This document shows, piece after piece, positions 9,946 to 18,184 of a stretch of DNA of 30,736 nt (its first letter is position 1; every line of letters begins with the position of its first letter). Under the pieces are notes generated by a model, which worked only from the letters and a program-made list of their open reading frames with translations, searched no databases and was not told the origin of the DNA. Made by a program: the position numbers and the translations under genes. The DNA comes from a candidate division WOR-3 bacterium. GTDB taxonomy: Bacteria; Hydrothermota; Tepidihabitantia; B3-TA06. The stretch is from positions 1 to 30,736 of the forward strand of contig CBFGKC010000019.1 of NCBI GenBank assembly GCA_965649265.1. Direction: 5' to 3'.

Positions 9946-10215
9946 TTAACCGCGCAGACCGAGTTCTTTAACAAGCGTGTAATACCTCTCGCGATCCCTC
10001 TTGTAAAGATAGTTAAGGTGCTTGCGGCGCAGATTGACCATCTTTATGAGGCCGCGCCTTGAATGGTGATCCTTGTGGTGCTCTTCGAGATGACCCGAGA
10101 GGTGGTTGATTCGCTCCGTCAGGAGTGCAACCTGCACCACGGATGAGCCCGTGTCGGACTCGTGCAGCCCGAATTTCTTGAGGAGTTCGAGCTTCTTTTC
10201 TTTTTCTAACGTCAT
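9946..10215 (-). CDS. rpsO: 30S ribosomal protein S15
   Basis: [19 protein letters not shown]...[11 protein letters not shown]; 89 aa; GGAGG RBS. Confidence 0.98.
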   Translation of the reverse strand: MTLEKEKKLELLKKFGLHESDTGSSVVQVALLTERINHLSGHLEEHHKDHHSRRGLIKMVNLRRKHLNYLYKRDRERYYTLVKELGLRG

Positions 10216-10242
10216 TTGTTCTTTTCCTCCATTAATCCACGG

Positions 10243-10281
10243 ATTCTACATTCGCGGAGAGCTTTGTCAACCTGACAAAGC
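10243..10281 (-). promoter_or_regulatory. rpsO-pnp operon promoter with a palindrome overlapping the -35
   Basis: TTGACA(10270-10265)-N16-TAGAAT(10248-10243); perfect inverted repeat GCTTTGTCA-ACC-TGACAAAGC at 10261-10281. Confidence 0.65.
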
Positions 10282-10356
10282 CCGGAACCGCACACTTACT
10301 CCCGTCTTCCCTCGAAAATATCGCCTGCTGCTTGTCAAGCCGTCCTGAGCACGGAA

Positions 10357-11886
10357 TTAGCCTTTGGTGGAGTCTACTTTTACCTTGACCTGGGGGCCGA
10401 GGCTGGTTTCGACACCAAGGGGTGAAACGGCCGACATGGAAAAGACGTATTCGCCGTCGGCTTCGACCTCAAACAGGAAAGAAGGTCTTGAGATGGGAGC
10501 CGCCGTCATGCGCGCCCAGCCGTGACCCTCGCGCCTGTAGACATGGTATGAAGGCTGCTCGGGCGAGTCAAGCCAGGCAAGGAATATCTTTTTCCCTTGC
10601 GTTCTTGCAGCTATCCCCGACGGGAACTCGAGCGCCGAGGCCAGTTCCTTGTCAACAGTCAGCGTTGCCCGCACCTCGCTTCGAATCATCTCCTCCAGCA
10701 GAGGTTTGAGCGAGGCGAGAAGCTCGTCTATTGTAGGCATGAGTTTGCTTTCATGGGCTGCTTTCTCAAACACTGGCTCCGGAACCACCCTGGGTTGCTC
10801 GAGCCTCGATTCGATTCCGCCTGTCTCGTGAATCACGGTTACAGGGAGCGATTCCGCGGTTTCCTTCTCAGATTCGCCCGTAATAGGAATAAAGGAAACA
10901 ACCTTGAGTTGCGGTTTAGGCCCTGTTACGGCTTCGACGAGCGCGTTAGCCTTTGTAATGATGGATTCGCATCGTTCGTCGTGTTCATCGCGAAACGCCT
11001 TCGGGACCATGCCGAACTGCAGCCTGTTTTTTATGAGCTCGTTGGCAAGTTTGAGGGTATCAAGATCGGGATCATCAAAGGAATTATTGGCTTCGGCAAG
11101 AATCTCGCGCATCATTCCCCTCACGAGAAGCTCAAGTTCTCCCTCAGAGGGGGAGGGGGATCCCATCACCTCTCCCGATGCCTGAGCCTTGGTTTTTGCC
11201 ACAACGAAGCTTTCGATAATTCCGTCCCTGGCGTCTTCGGGACTGAGCTGGGACATAAGTAATTTTGCCTGAAGGGAAGCGAGAAAGGGGCTTTCGGACA
11301 GGCGGCCTTCAGTGTCCGTACTTGAAAGGACGGGACCAGGTGCTGCAGCAGGGGTTAAGGTGGGGGGTATTACTTCCTTTGATTCGTTGCTGCTGACGGA
11401 AGTGCCCTGAAGGGGTACGGGGGTTACGGGTGTTACGGGTGTTACGGGGGCGAAGGATGGTTCCCATTCTTCCTGGGGCATCTGTTCGGCTGCCTTTATC
11501 AAGGGTTCGGTATGTTCGTGAATCTCGGCAGTTTCGTCAACCTTGTCCAGAAGCATCTCGCATATCAAATCGTGCGTTTCCCTTATCTCATAGGGGTAAT
11601 CCTCGAACCGCAGCTTGAGATCCATGGTATGTCTGACACTTCTCAGTTCGCTCACGTTGGGTTTTTCAATGTCGGCTCCGCGTTCGGCAAAAAGTGAACG
11701 CATCATCTCAAACATGCGAGAGTGGGCCTCCTCGTCTTGAGCAATTAAGGCAAGCTCCTTTAAACCGAGCGCGGCAGCCTTGCGGTTGGAGACAACGTAG
11801 CTTTCTAAAATCCCGTTACGTGCATCCAGGGGAGCAAGCTTATCTTTCAAGAGTTTTTCGTTTAAGCTCAGCATGTAATCGCTCAC
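10357..11886 (-). CDS. Hypothetical cytoplasmic protein: two copies of an ~115-aa helical domain, Pro/Thr linkers and a C-terminal FN3-like domain
   Basis: GTG start after an AGGAG RBS; repeats DARNGILESYVV/DARDGIIESFVV and HDLICE/HDERCE; C-terminal P.GI.A...LAW...YHVYR...Y.FSMSAV...GVET fits fibronectin type III. Confidence 0.75.
   Translation of the reverse strand: MSDYMLSLNEKLLKDKLAPLDARNGILESYVVSNRKAAALGLKELALIAQDEEAHSRMFEMMRSLFAERGADIEKPNVSELRSVRHTMDLKLRFEDYPYEIRETHDLICEMLLDKVDETAEIHEHTEPLIKAAEQMPQEEWEPSFAPVTPVTPVTPVPLQGTSVSSNESKEVIPPTLTPAAAPGPVLSSTDTEGRLSESPFLASLQAKLLMSQLSPEDARDGIIESFVVAKTKAQASGEVMGSPSPSEGELELLVRGMMREILAEANNSFDDPDLDTLKLANELIKNRLQFGMVPKAFRDEHDERCESIITKANALVEAVTGPKPQLKVVSFIPITGESEKETAESLPVTVIHETGGIESRLEQPRVVPEPVFEKAAHESKLMPTIDELLASLKPLLEEMIRSEVRATLTVDKELASALEFPSGIAARTQGKKIFLAWLDSPEQPSYHVYRREGHGWARMTAAPISRPSFLFEVEADGEYVFSMSAVSPLGVETSLGPQVKVKVDSTKG
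11413..11448 (-). repeat. 9-bp tandem repeat (CCCGTAACA)n encoding PVT
   Basis: Minus strand CCCGTAACA CCCGTAACA CCCGTAACC CCCGTACCC. Confidence 0.85.
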
Positions 11887-12056
11887 AACAACTCCTAGTC
11901 TGAAATAAAATTCAACGCTCGAAGCAATTTACAAAGTTTAAGATATTCGAAAACCCATGCTTGTCAACACGATTGTTTCTGTAAAGAATCGATCTTCAAG
12001 TGTCAAAGATAAAAGACCCTGGTCCGCCCTCTTGATTTAAAAGCAGGGGTTTTGGG

Positions 12057-12806
12057 TCAGATATTCTTGTTGGAGATGAGCCTGGTTGAGGAGGCGTCGA
12101 AGACGAGTTCTTTCTTTACTGGAGGTTCGATCCCCTTCAGAGAGATGTCGATCGTTATAAGTGATTCGGGACTCCAGGTTATCTTCTCGACCTTCGTACC
12201 CTGGGCACCGGGATTCGCCATCATTAATTGACGCCAGACGGTCGAAAGATCGAGAAACGCGGGATCGTGGACCCCTGGAGTGAAGATCAACGCGTCCTGG
12301 CTTTCGAGCCCCTCAGCCTCCCTGTCCTTTAAGAGGAGTAATTTTTTGGAATCCGGTGACCATATAACGGCACCATAGCGCTCCCAGCGTTCTGCCATAA
12401 CCGGTAGCGAGTCGGACTTTCTGTAGAAATTGACTATCTCTTCGCATTCTTCCACCTTGAAGATACTGTCCGCAGCGGGCATGAAGACATAAATCATCCT
12501 GCGGCTGCGAATGCCGAACCAGTCCGCAGGCAATTCCTGAGACCACATCTTGTCGCCCGGGCCGAAGCGGATACTTGAGTCTACGGCCACAGCCAGGCAT
12601 GTCGAATCGGGTGAATATTCGATGAAGGATACATGACTGGAAGATATCCCGTGTCCTGAGAGTTTTCCCGCGACTTCCGGCTCGAGCTTTTTGACCTCAA
12701 CTCCACCCGATTCCTTTTGTCCGGGTATTTCGTTTTTTCCCTTGCCGCACCCTGCCGTCATTAGGAAAATAGCCACCGCCGCTATGGAACAAAGAGACCT
12801 GCTCAT
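12057..12806 (-). CDS. Lipoprotein with TolB/WD40-like [WY]SPD repeats
   Basis: Lipobox TAGC; YSPDS, WSPDS and WSPES motifs. Confidence 0.7.
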   Translation of the reverse strand: MSRSLCSIAAVAIFLMTAGCGKGKNEIPGQKESGGVEVKKLEPEVAGKLSGHGISSSHVSFIEYSPDSTCLAVAVDSSIRFGPGDKMWSQELPADWFGIRSRRMIYVFMPAADSIFKVEECEEIVNFYRKSDSLPVMAERWERYGAVIWSPDSKKLLLLKDREAEGLESQDALIFTPGVHDPAFLDLSTVWRQLMMANPGAQGTKVEKITWSPESLITIDISLKGIEPPVKKELVFDASSTRLISNKNI

Positions 12807-12823
12807 CCTGAAGCTCTAACCGT

Positions 12824-13231
12824 TCAGGCCGTGAATTCCTCGGCCAGGCGTTCCTTGATTTTCTTTGCCGATTCCTTGAGATCGTACAGAAGAAGACCAA
12901 GCTGGCTGCGGGGCGATGTGGAGAGTGCGACTATGGCCTTTCCGGCCTCGGCAACGACGAGATAACCGTCTGCGTGGCTTACGAGTATGTAACCTATGTC
13001 GGCCCAGGCGAGGCCCTGGCCGGACTTGTGGGCGGAGTTCAGAAGAAATGCGCTCATGGCGGCGAACTTCTCGTCCGTTCCGCCTTCCGGTCTTGCAGCC
13101 ATAAGAAAACCGTCGGCTGAGATGATTGCGGCCGACGTTATTTCGGGATATTCTCCTTTTAAGGTGTCGAGTTCGCGCCTGAGGGCTTCATTGAGCGTCT
13201 CTTTCTCATTGACTTCTTTTTTCTCTTCCAT
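12824..13231 (-). CDS. Roadblock/LC7 (MglB-like) domain protein
   Basis: AAIISADGFLMA...FAAMSA...QLGLLLYDLKESAKKI; AAGGAAG RBS. Confidence 0.88.
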   Translation of the reverse strand: MEEKKEVNEKETLNEALRRELDTLKGEYPEITSAAIISADGFLMAARPEGGTDEKFAAMSAFLLNSAHKSGQGLAWADIGYILVSHADGYLVVAEAGKAIVALSTSPRSQLGLLLYDLKESAKKIKERLAEEFTA

Positions 13232-13236
13232 ATACT
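13209..13236 (+). promoter_or_regulatory. tRNA promoter overlapping the start of the roadblock gene
   Basis: TTGACT-N16-TATACT ending 9 nt before the tRNA 5' end. Confidence 0.65.
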
Positions 13237-13245
13237 TCCTTTCAT

Positions 13246-13319
13246 GGGCGATTAGCTCAGTTGGTTAGAGCGCTGGTCTCACATACCAGAGGTCATAGGT
13301 TCGACTCCTATATCGCCCA
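13246..13319 (+). tRNA. trnV: tRNA-Val (anticodon CAC), CCA not encoded
   Basis: Acceptor GGGCGAT/ATCGCCC-A; D arm GCTC/GAGC; anticodon arm CTGGT-CTCACAT-ACCAG; T arm ATAGG-TTCGACT-CCTAT. Confidence 0.95.
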
Positions 13320-13341
13320 TCTCTTTAAAAACTTCCCGCTC

Positions 13342-13989
13342 TTATTCGAAAATTCCGATATCGATCTTCTGCGGTTCTTCTGTTATAGCCGTTTTTGCAT
13401 CTTTGCCTTGGGCCACAAGCTCCATATCCTCAGTTCCTATCATGGCCTTGACCATTCCGAGAACGGGAACATCCTTTGCGAGCCAGACTTCAGCATCGCG
13501 CCCGTTCAAGTCTTTGACCTTGGAGTGAACGGTAAGGTACTCTCCTGCCGGGACTTTTGTTTCGATTTCGTCCACCTTGCCTTTTGTCACATCGGTTTCA
13601 AGGAAGAGGTACGGCCTGTTATCTCCCGGCGGTTCATCAGCCAGTCCTTCGGCCTTGGGCATTTCGAGTGCAGGCTGGTCCTCGACCTTTATTATCATTC
13701 TTTCTGCAACGCCCCTGTAGCCGTAGGGCACGAGCATTTTGTATACGAAATGACTGGTTTGCGAAGTTCCGACCATTTCAAGCCAGTAGTAAGTCTCATT
13801 GGAAACCTTCTCCTCGCCGGTAATGGCGTAACGCAGGGTGTAATCCTTGAGACCCGGACTTGAGGATTTTATCTGATATTCCACCCAGTCCCCGACGTTC
13901 CATTTGGGGGGTACATATTCGGCTTTTTTGCATGCCGTAAACGCGAAAATAACTGCCAGACCGGCAATCAAAGCTTTGTTCGATCTCAT
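13342..13989 (-). CDS. Lipoprotein, DUF3108-like beta-rich family
   Basis: Lipobox FTAC; WNVGDWVEY, KVPAGEY, WLAKDVPVLGMVK; AAGGAGG RBS. Confidence 0.75.
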   Translation of the reverse strand: MRSNKALIAGLAVIFAFTACKKAEYVPPKWNVGDWVEYQIKSSSPGLKDYTLRYAITGEEKVSNETYYWLEMVGTSQTSHFVYKMLVPYGYRGVAERMIIKVEDQPALEMPKAEGLADEPPGDNRPYLFLETDVTKGKVDEIETKVPAGEYLTVHSKVKDLNGRDAEVWLAKDVPVLGMVKAMIGTEDMELVAQGKDAKTAITEEPQKIDIGIFE

Positions 13990-14020
13990 ATGTTCTCGTT
14001 CCTCCTTTATATAGAGTTAG

Positions 14021-14048
14021 ACTTTAGTTAGAAAAACGGCGTTGTCAA
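14021..14048 (-). promoter_or_regulatory. sigma70-like promoter
   Basis: TTGACA-N16-TAAAGT upstream of the ATG at 13989. Confidence 0.55.
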
Positions 14049-14056
14049 TACACATT

Positions 14057-14137
14057 CTCCAATAAAACACGAAGTGTTTTATTGGAGACCTCCTCTCGAA
14101 GCCCCAATCGATTACGGAGTAATCGATTGGGGACCCC
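14057..14137. repeat. Two tandem perfect 14-bp-stem hairpins of a dispersed REP-like family
   Basis: CTCCAATAAAACAC-GAA-GTGTTTTATTGGAG-ACC and CCCCAATCGATTAC-GGA-GTAATCGATTGGGG-ACCCC. Confidence 0.8.
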
Positions 14138-14223
14138 TGTTTATACCCCTGGTGTCCGTCGGACGGCTGTCCGCTTCGGAGCACAAAGTATCCCGTCGCC
14201 TTTTGTATATGAGGGGAGGGGGG

Positions 14224-14251
14224 TTGACAACTCGCTTCCGGGGTCTATCCT
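14224..14251 (+). promoter_or_regulatory. sigma70-like promoter
   Basis: TTGACA-N16-TATCCT upstream of AAGGAGG RBS and ATG 14284. Confidence 0.55.
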
Positions 14252-14283
14252 TTAGCCGTAAAGGACTGTAAGGAGGTCGAATT

Positions 14284-14979
14284 ATGAAAAAAGTATTGTT
14301 CGCAGTCATTTCGATATCGATTCTTTTTCTCGGATGCGGAAAGAATGAACCACTGCCTTCGCATTTCTGGCCGCTCGCGGAAGGTAACCAGTGGACGACG
14401 AGCGAGAGCTATTCATGGCAGATCGTAGGCGGTACCTCCGGTGCAAGTACTTCCAAGACGACCTACACGGTTGAGCCTTTCGTGAAGAGCACCAAGGGTA
14501 AGCTCCTATGGCCAGTCGCGGTCTCGACCGACACCTCGGGAAGCGGAGTCGGACTCATCCTTTCACGCACGTACTATTATACAACCGAGGATTCCGTTTA
14601 CCTCTACGCCGACACCCTGGAGAGCGAACCTAAAGCCGTCGAACCCAACGATCTTGCCGTCGGCATGGAGTGGGACGGCAATCTTGCCATGCCTATACAA
14701 ATACCCAGCCTTCCCGCATTCCCTACGAGCTTGCCGGCTCATTTCAAGATCGTAGGAGACACGTCTATTGTCGTGCCTGCGGGAACTTTTAATGCTCTCG
14801 TAATAGATATAAATCTTATAAACGGGACTGACACCATCCCTTCCGCAGCAACCCAATGGCGCGCAAGAGATGTAGGAATAGTCAAGATGAACACGGATTT
14901 CACGACGAACGTGACTTATATCGTGACGTTCACCGTAACCGTCAAGGGGACATCAGAGCTCGAGAGCACGAACTTTTAA
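14284..14979 (+). CDS. Lipoprotein, DUF3108-like beta-rich family
   Basis: Lipobox FLGC; FWPLAEGNQW, VVPAGTF, WRARDVGIVK. Confidence 0.78.
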   Translation: MKKVLFAVISISILFLGCGKNEPLPSHFWPLAEGNQWTTSESYSWQIVGGTSGASTSKTTYTVEPFVKSTKGKLLWPVAVSTDTSGSGVGLILSRTYYYTTEDSVYLYADTLESEPKAVEPNDLAVGMEWDGNLAMPIQIPSLPAFPTSLPAHFKIVGDTSIVVPAGTFNALVIDINLINGTDTIPSAATQWRARDVGIVKMNTDFTTNVTYIVTFTVTVKGTSELESTNF

Positions 14980-15003
14980 ACTCCCCCCTCCTCTCCGAAA
15001 TTC

Positions 15004-15030
15004 AAGCGGCGGGCTTTTGCCCGCCGCTTT
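15004..15030 (+). terminator. Intrinsic terminator-like hairpin, possibly bidirectional
   Basis: AAGCGGCGGGC-TTTT-GCCCGCCGCTTT between convergent genes; short U tract. Confidence 0.65.
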
Positions 15031-15050
15031 CGATGCATGGAAGTTTTAGG

Positions 15051-15161
15051 TCCCCGAAGAAAACATAATGTTTTCAGAGGGAGTACTCTGATATTCCTCT
15101 CAGACCTAGAGGAAGTCCAGGAGGGGGTCCCCCGGGAAAATGCTTTGGCATTTTTCTGGGG
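15051..15161. repeat. Cluster of REP-like hairpins (same family)
   Basis: Degenerate copy at 15051-15082, central hairpin TTCCTCT/AGAGGAA, and an inverted copy CCCCAGAAAAATGC-CAAA-GCATTTTCCCGGGGG-ACCC on the minus strand. Confidence 0.6.
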
Positions 15162-16418
15162 TCAAAGTTTACCCTTCCAGTCCACCTTGGCAGTGAATCC
15201 CATTACTATGCCGAGTCCGGAGATGATGATCAAGGCGAGTATCAATCCCCTGATATCGGGGAAGAATTGTGCGAGGCTGAATCCGAGCTGAAAGAGCACT
15301 ATCCCCAGCCCTGCCGCCAGGAGAACCGCCCATCCCTTGCGGATGAGCGCAGCGTAGCCCATGGTCATGATGATCGAGGCACCCGCCGATATGAAGAAAG
15401 CCCAGAAAATGGGCACGAGAACGGTCAGGTAGCTCATGAGAATATGGAAGACGAAGAAGCCGCCGGTGATCAGCAGATAGTGCATCGGGTGAAGCGGCGT
15501 TCCCTTGATGGACGTCAAAACCAGCATGAGCCCCAGGAAGAAGATTAGGGCAAGCGGCACGACGAAAAGAACCCTCGATGTTGCCTGCCCGATGTCCAGA
15601 GGTTGCGGAATGCTGACGCCTATGTTCTGGCCCGATACCAGATTGTCGAACTCCCACACGAGGGTGGCCTTGTTTGCCTTCTCGTCGATGTCCATCCTCG
15701 TCGGGACCATTGCGCCCTCGGGGTAGTCGATGTCCGCGAAATTGCTCGCTAGATTCAGTTTGAAATGCGGGATGTTGCCCTGGTAGTCCTTGAGTCCGTA
15801 CGACCAGTCTCCCAGCCCCCTGCTCGTGTAGGTGATATGTATTTGCCTCTCCTCTCCCGGTGTCATGTATGCCGACCAGTCGACGCCGTTGGAGAAGTCC
15901 TGATCGCCCGAATAGGGAACACCGTCCACCACGATAGTGAAGTCCTTTAAGAGACCCGATTGGATCGGTATCGGGAAGTTGAAATACACCGGCAGAACCT
16001 TGTCGAATGGATTGGTAATAACGTAATCGGCGTCGAAGGCCACTTCGTAGCCCGGAAACTGCATCTGACCGCGCTTACGGTAGGAAAGTGAAAGATTAAC
16101 ATTGATGTCGGACTCCGGCATCTTGCGCTGGACGACCGCGTCCTTTATAAGCTTTCCTTCCTTGTCGTAAACCGCCTGCTCAAAAAGGTACGTTACCACC
16201 GGCGGGCTCTGCGTTATCGCGCCGCCCCAGCGGTTCGTGACCCCCCCCTCGTTGGACGTCAGAACTTCCTTGTTTTTTGCCGAGAACCGCAGCCCCAAAA
16301 CCAGCGCCGCAATGGTGAAAGCGACGAATATTATGGCTATACCTACGTAGCGCACCACGCGCGATGCGGTGGGATCTTTCCCCGGTTCCTTTTCGAGTTT
16401 TATGGGTGAATCAGACAT
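15162..16418 (-). CDS. CreD-like inner membrane envelope-integrity protein
   Basis: N-terminal TM helix, WGG...Q.PP periplasmic domain, about six C-terminal TM helices with HPMHYLLI and terminal TAKVDW, resembling CreD (HPxQY; TRxxDW). Confidence 0.7.
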   Translation of the reverse strand: MSDSPIKLEKEPGKDPTASRVVRYVGIAIIFVAFTIAALVLGLRFSAKNKEVLTSNEGGVTNRWGGAITQSPPVVTYLFEQAVYDKEGKLIKDAVVQRKMPESDINVNLSLSYRKRGQMQFPGYEVAFDADYVITNPFDKVLPVYFNFPIPIQSGLLKDFTIVVDGVPYSGDQDFSNGVDWSAYMTPGEERQIHITYTSRGLGDWSYGLKDYQGNIPHFKLNLASNFADIDYPEGAMVPTRMDIDEKANKATLVWEFDNLVSGQNIGVSIPQPLDIGQATSRVLFVVPLALIFFLGLMLVLTSIKGTPLHPMHYLLITGGFFVFHILMSYLTVLVPIFWAFFISAGASIIMTMGYAALIRKGWAVLLAAGLGIVLFQLGFSLAQFFPDIRGLILALIIISGLGIVMGFTAKVDWKGKL

Positions 16419-16451
16419 TACGTCTCCTTCTCTTTTTTTGTGTCACATGAC

Positions 16452-16481
16452 AAGACGATGTAGTCTCAAAAAAGGTTTGCA
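16452..16481 (-). promoter_or_regulatory. ECF-sigma-type promoter
   Basis: TGCAAAC-N17-CGTCTT. Confidence 0.5.
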
Positions 16482-16483
16482 GC

Positions 16484-16511
16484 TTGCAATCCCGATTAAG
16501 CATATTACAAT
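16484..16511 (+). promoter_or_regulatory. sigma70-like promoter of phasin-USP
   Basis: TTGCAA-N16-TACAAT. Confidence 0.55.
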
Positions 16512-16540
16512 CTTTGCAAAACGCAAACATGGAGGAAACT

Positions 16541-16891
16541 ATGGAAGATTTTCTTAAAAAGATTGCCTTTCTGGGTCTGGGCACTGCAGCTGTGACCAGA
16601 GAAAAGATAGAAGAAGGTGTCGATAAGCTCATTAAGAAAGGCGAGATCACCGCGATCCAGGGGAAAAAACTCGCGCAGAAGCTTTTGGCCGACGCCGATC
16701 GTGCGCGAAAAGATATAGCGAAGAAGATCGACGACGGAGTAAAGTCCGGACTATCCAGGGCCGGCTTCGTGGCCAAGAAGGAGCACGACGCCCTTAAGCG
16801 CCGCGTAGAGGTTCTGGAAAGAAAGTTCGCGGTGCATGCAAGCAAACCTGCCCATTCGCCGGGAAAACCGAAACCTAAAACCAAGGAGTAG
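16541..16891 (+). CDS. Phasin-like (PHA granule-associated/PhaF-type) protein
   Basis: GGAGG RBS before ATG 16541; LKKIAFLGLGTAAVTREKIEEGVDKLIKKGEI...L..RVEVLE pattern. Confidence 0.75.
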   Translation: MEDFLKKIAFLGLGTAAVTREKIEEGVDKLIKKGEITAIQGKKLAQKLLADADRARKDIAKKIDDGVKSGLSRAGFVAKKEHDALKRRVEVLERKFAVHASKPAHSPGKPKPKTKE

Positions 16892-16893
16892 CA

Positions 16894-17403
16894 ATGTTAA
16901 AGAGAATACTTCTGGCCACCGATTTCAGCGACAGGGCCGAGATAGCCCGTGAGGTGACCTTGCATCTGGTCAAAGGAACCACGGCAAAGGTCACGGTCGT
17001 GACCGTATACCACCCTTCCGACATCATGATGTGGCACGGCGTGTTTGTGCCCTCAGACAGCGTGGAACGCTACGAACAAAAGGTCATCAAGCAGATGATC
17101 GAAGAAAAAATAAAGAAGTACGTCGCCGACCTGAAGAAATCCGGCATAAAGGTCGACTATCTGATGAAAACGGGTGCCGTGGTAGCGGGTATTGTCGGAA
17201 CCGCAAAATCCATAAAAGCCGATCTCATTGTCCTTGGTTCCCACAGCCAGCGCAGCCTTGGCGACGTTCTGCTCGGCGGCACGGCTGCAGGCGTGCAAGC
17301 TTCGGCTCCCTGCCCCGTGCTCATTGCCTCCGCCAAAATCAAGGCTTCGACGAAAAAGAACAAAAAGACGAAGAAGACCGCAAAGCGTAAGATTCGAAAA
17401 TAG
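16894..17403 (+). CDS. Universal stress protein (UspA family) with Lys-rich tail
   Basis: RILLATDFS, ADLIVLGSH, LLGGTA...APCPVLI. Confidence 0.9.
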   Translation: MLKRILLATDFSDRAEIAREVTLHLVKGTTAKVTVVTVYHPSDIMMWHGVFVPSDSVERYEQKVIKQMIEEKIKKYVADLKKSGIKVDYLMKTGAVVAGIVGTAKSIKADLIVLGSHSQRSLGDVLLGGTAAGVQASAPCPVLIASAKIKASTKKNKKTKKTAKRKIRK

Positions 17404-17434
17404 TCTTTCACTCGGGATAATCGCGTCGCCGCGG

Positions 17435-18169
17435 TCAAAGCAGAGCCGCCGCCGCGTTAACGCTCGCGTGGGCGAGCACTGCGGGCCAGATTGAGCCGGA
17501 TCTGATTCGAACGAATGCAAACACAAGTCCTCCAAGAAATGTGCTTGCAAAGATGTTTATCGCCAGGGGCAGATGCAAGTTAAAAACAGGAAAGAACTCC
17601 ACCCCGGTATGCGCAAGGTGAAGGATGGCGAATATCATGGCCTGGGCAACAACTGCGGTCAAGGTTGGGGCGTCCAACTTCCCGGGCTTGCCTTTTATCC
17701 ATCCCGAAATCACCATCCCCCTGAAGAAAAACTCTTCAGACAGAGGCGTGATTATTCCCCCTATCAATATGAACGCCGAGTCTATCCAGATCCACGGAAG
17801 TTCCCTCAAACCGGCAGGGATCGCGGTTCTGCCCATCGCGACTATCCAGTCCCAGGAGGGGGGGAGAAGGAACCTGTTGAACAAGGCCAGAGCCGCACCG
17901 AGCACCAGGCCTGCTCCTATCGAGATGAACCACCAGCCGAAGTGAAACCCCTTCAATCCCAAATCTATCCTTCGCTCCTTGCGAACCAAAGTCAAAACCA
18001 GAACCAGCGGAAAAACCTCTGCGCATATCAAGAGCACGAGCCCTGTTGTTCCTCTTGCGAGTTGGCCGAATCGCAGGAGCCCGGTTATGATCACAAAAAT
18101 AGTCGTCCACAACCCGGTTTTCACAAAGGGAGCTTTAAAAAGGAGGTAGGAACCCTTCTCGCTCGTCAT
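17435..18169 (-). CDS. CPBP (CAAX/Abi) intramembrane glutamic endopeptidase
   Basis: EEFFFRG, FAILHLAH, SGSIWPAVLAHASVN; multiple TM helices. Confidence 0.88.
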   Translation of the reverse strand: MTSEKGSYLLFKAPFVKTGLWTTIFVIITGLLRFGQLARGTTGLVLLICAEVFPLVLVLTLVRKERRIDLGLKGFHFGWWFISIGAGLVLGAALALFNRFLLPPSWDWIVAMGRTAIPAGLRELPWIWIDSAFILIGGIITPLSEEFFFRGMVISGWIKGKPGKLDAPTLTAVVAQAMIFAILHLAHTGVEFFPVFNLHLPLAINIFASTFLGGLVFAFVRIRSGSIWPAVLAHASVNAAAALL

Positions 18170-18184
18170 TGTTTTTTGAAAATG

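Noticed and set aside
13246-13319. tRNA as attachment site of an integrated element
   Set aside because: No integrase and no duplicated tRNA 3' end seen in the window.
13261-13863. 200-aa plus-strand ORF
   Set aside because: Starts inside the tRNA and is antisense to a lipoprotein gene with clear signals; shadow ORF.
17435-18169. CPBP/'Abi' protein as a phage-defence system
   Set aside because: The Abi label for this family is historical, and no defence-island context is present.
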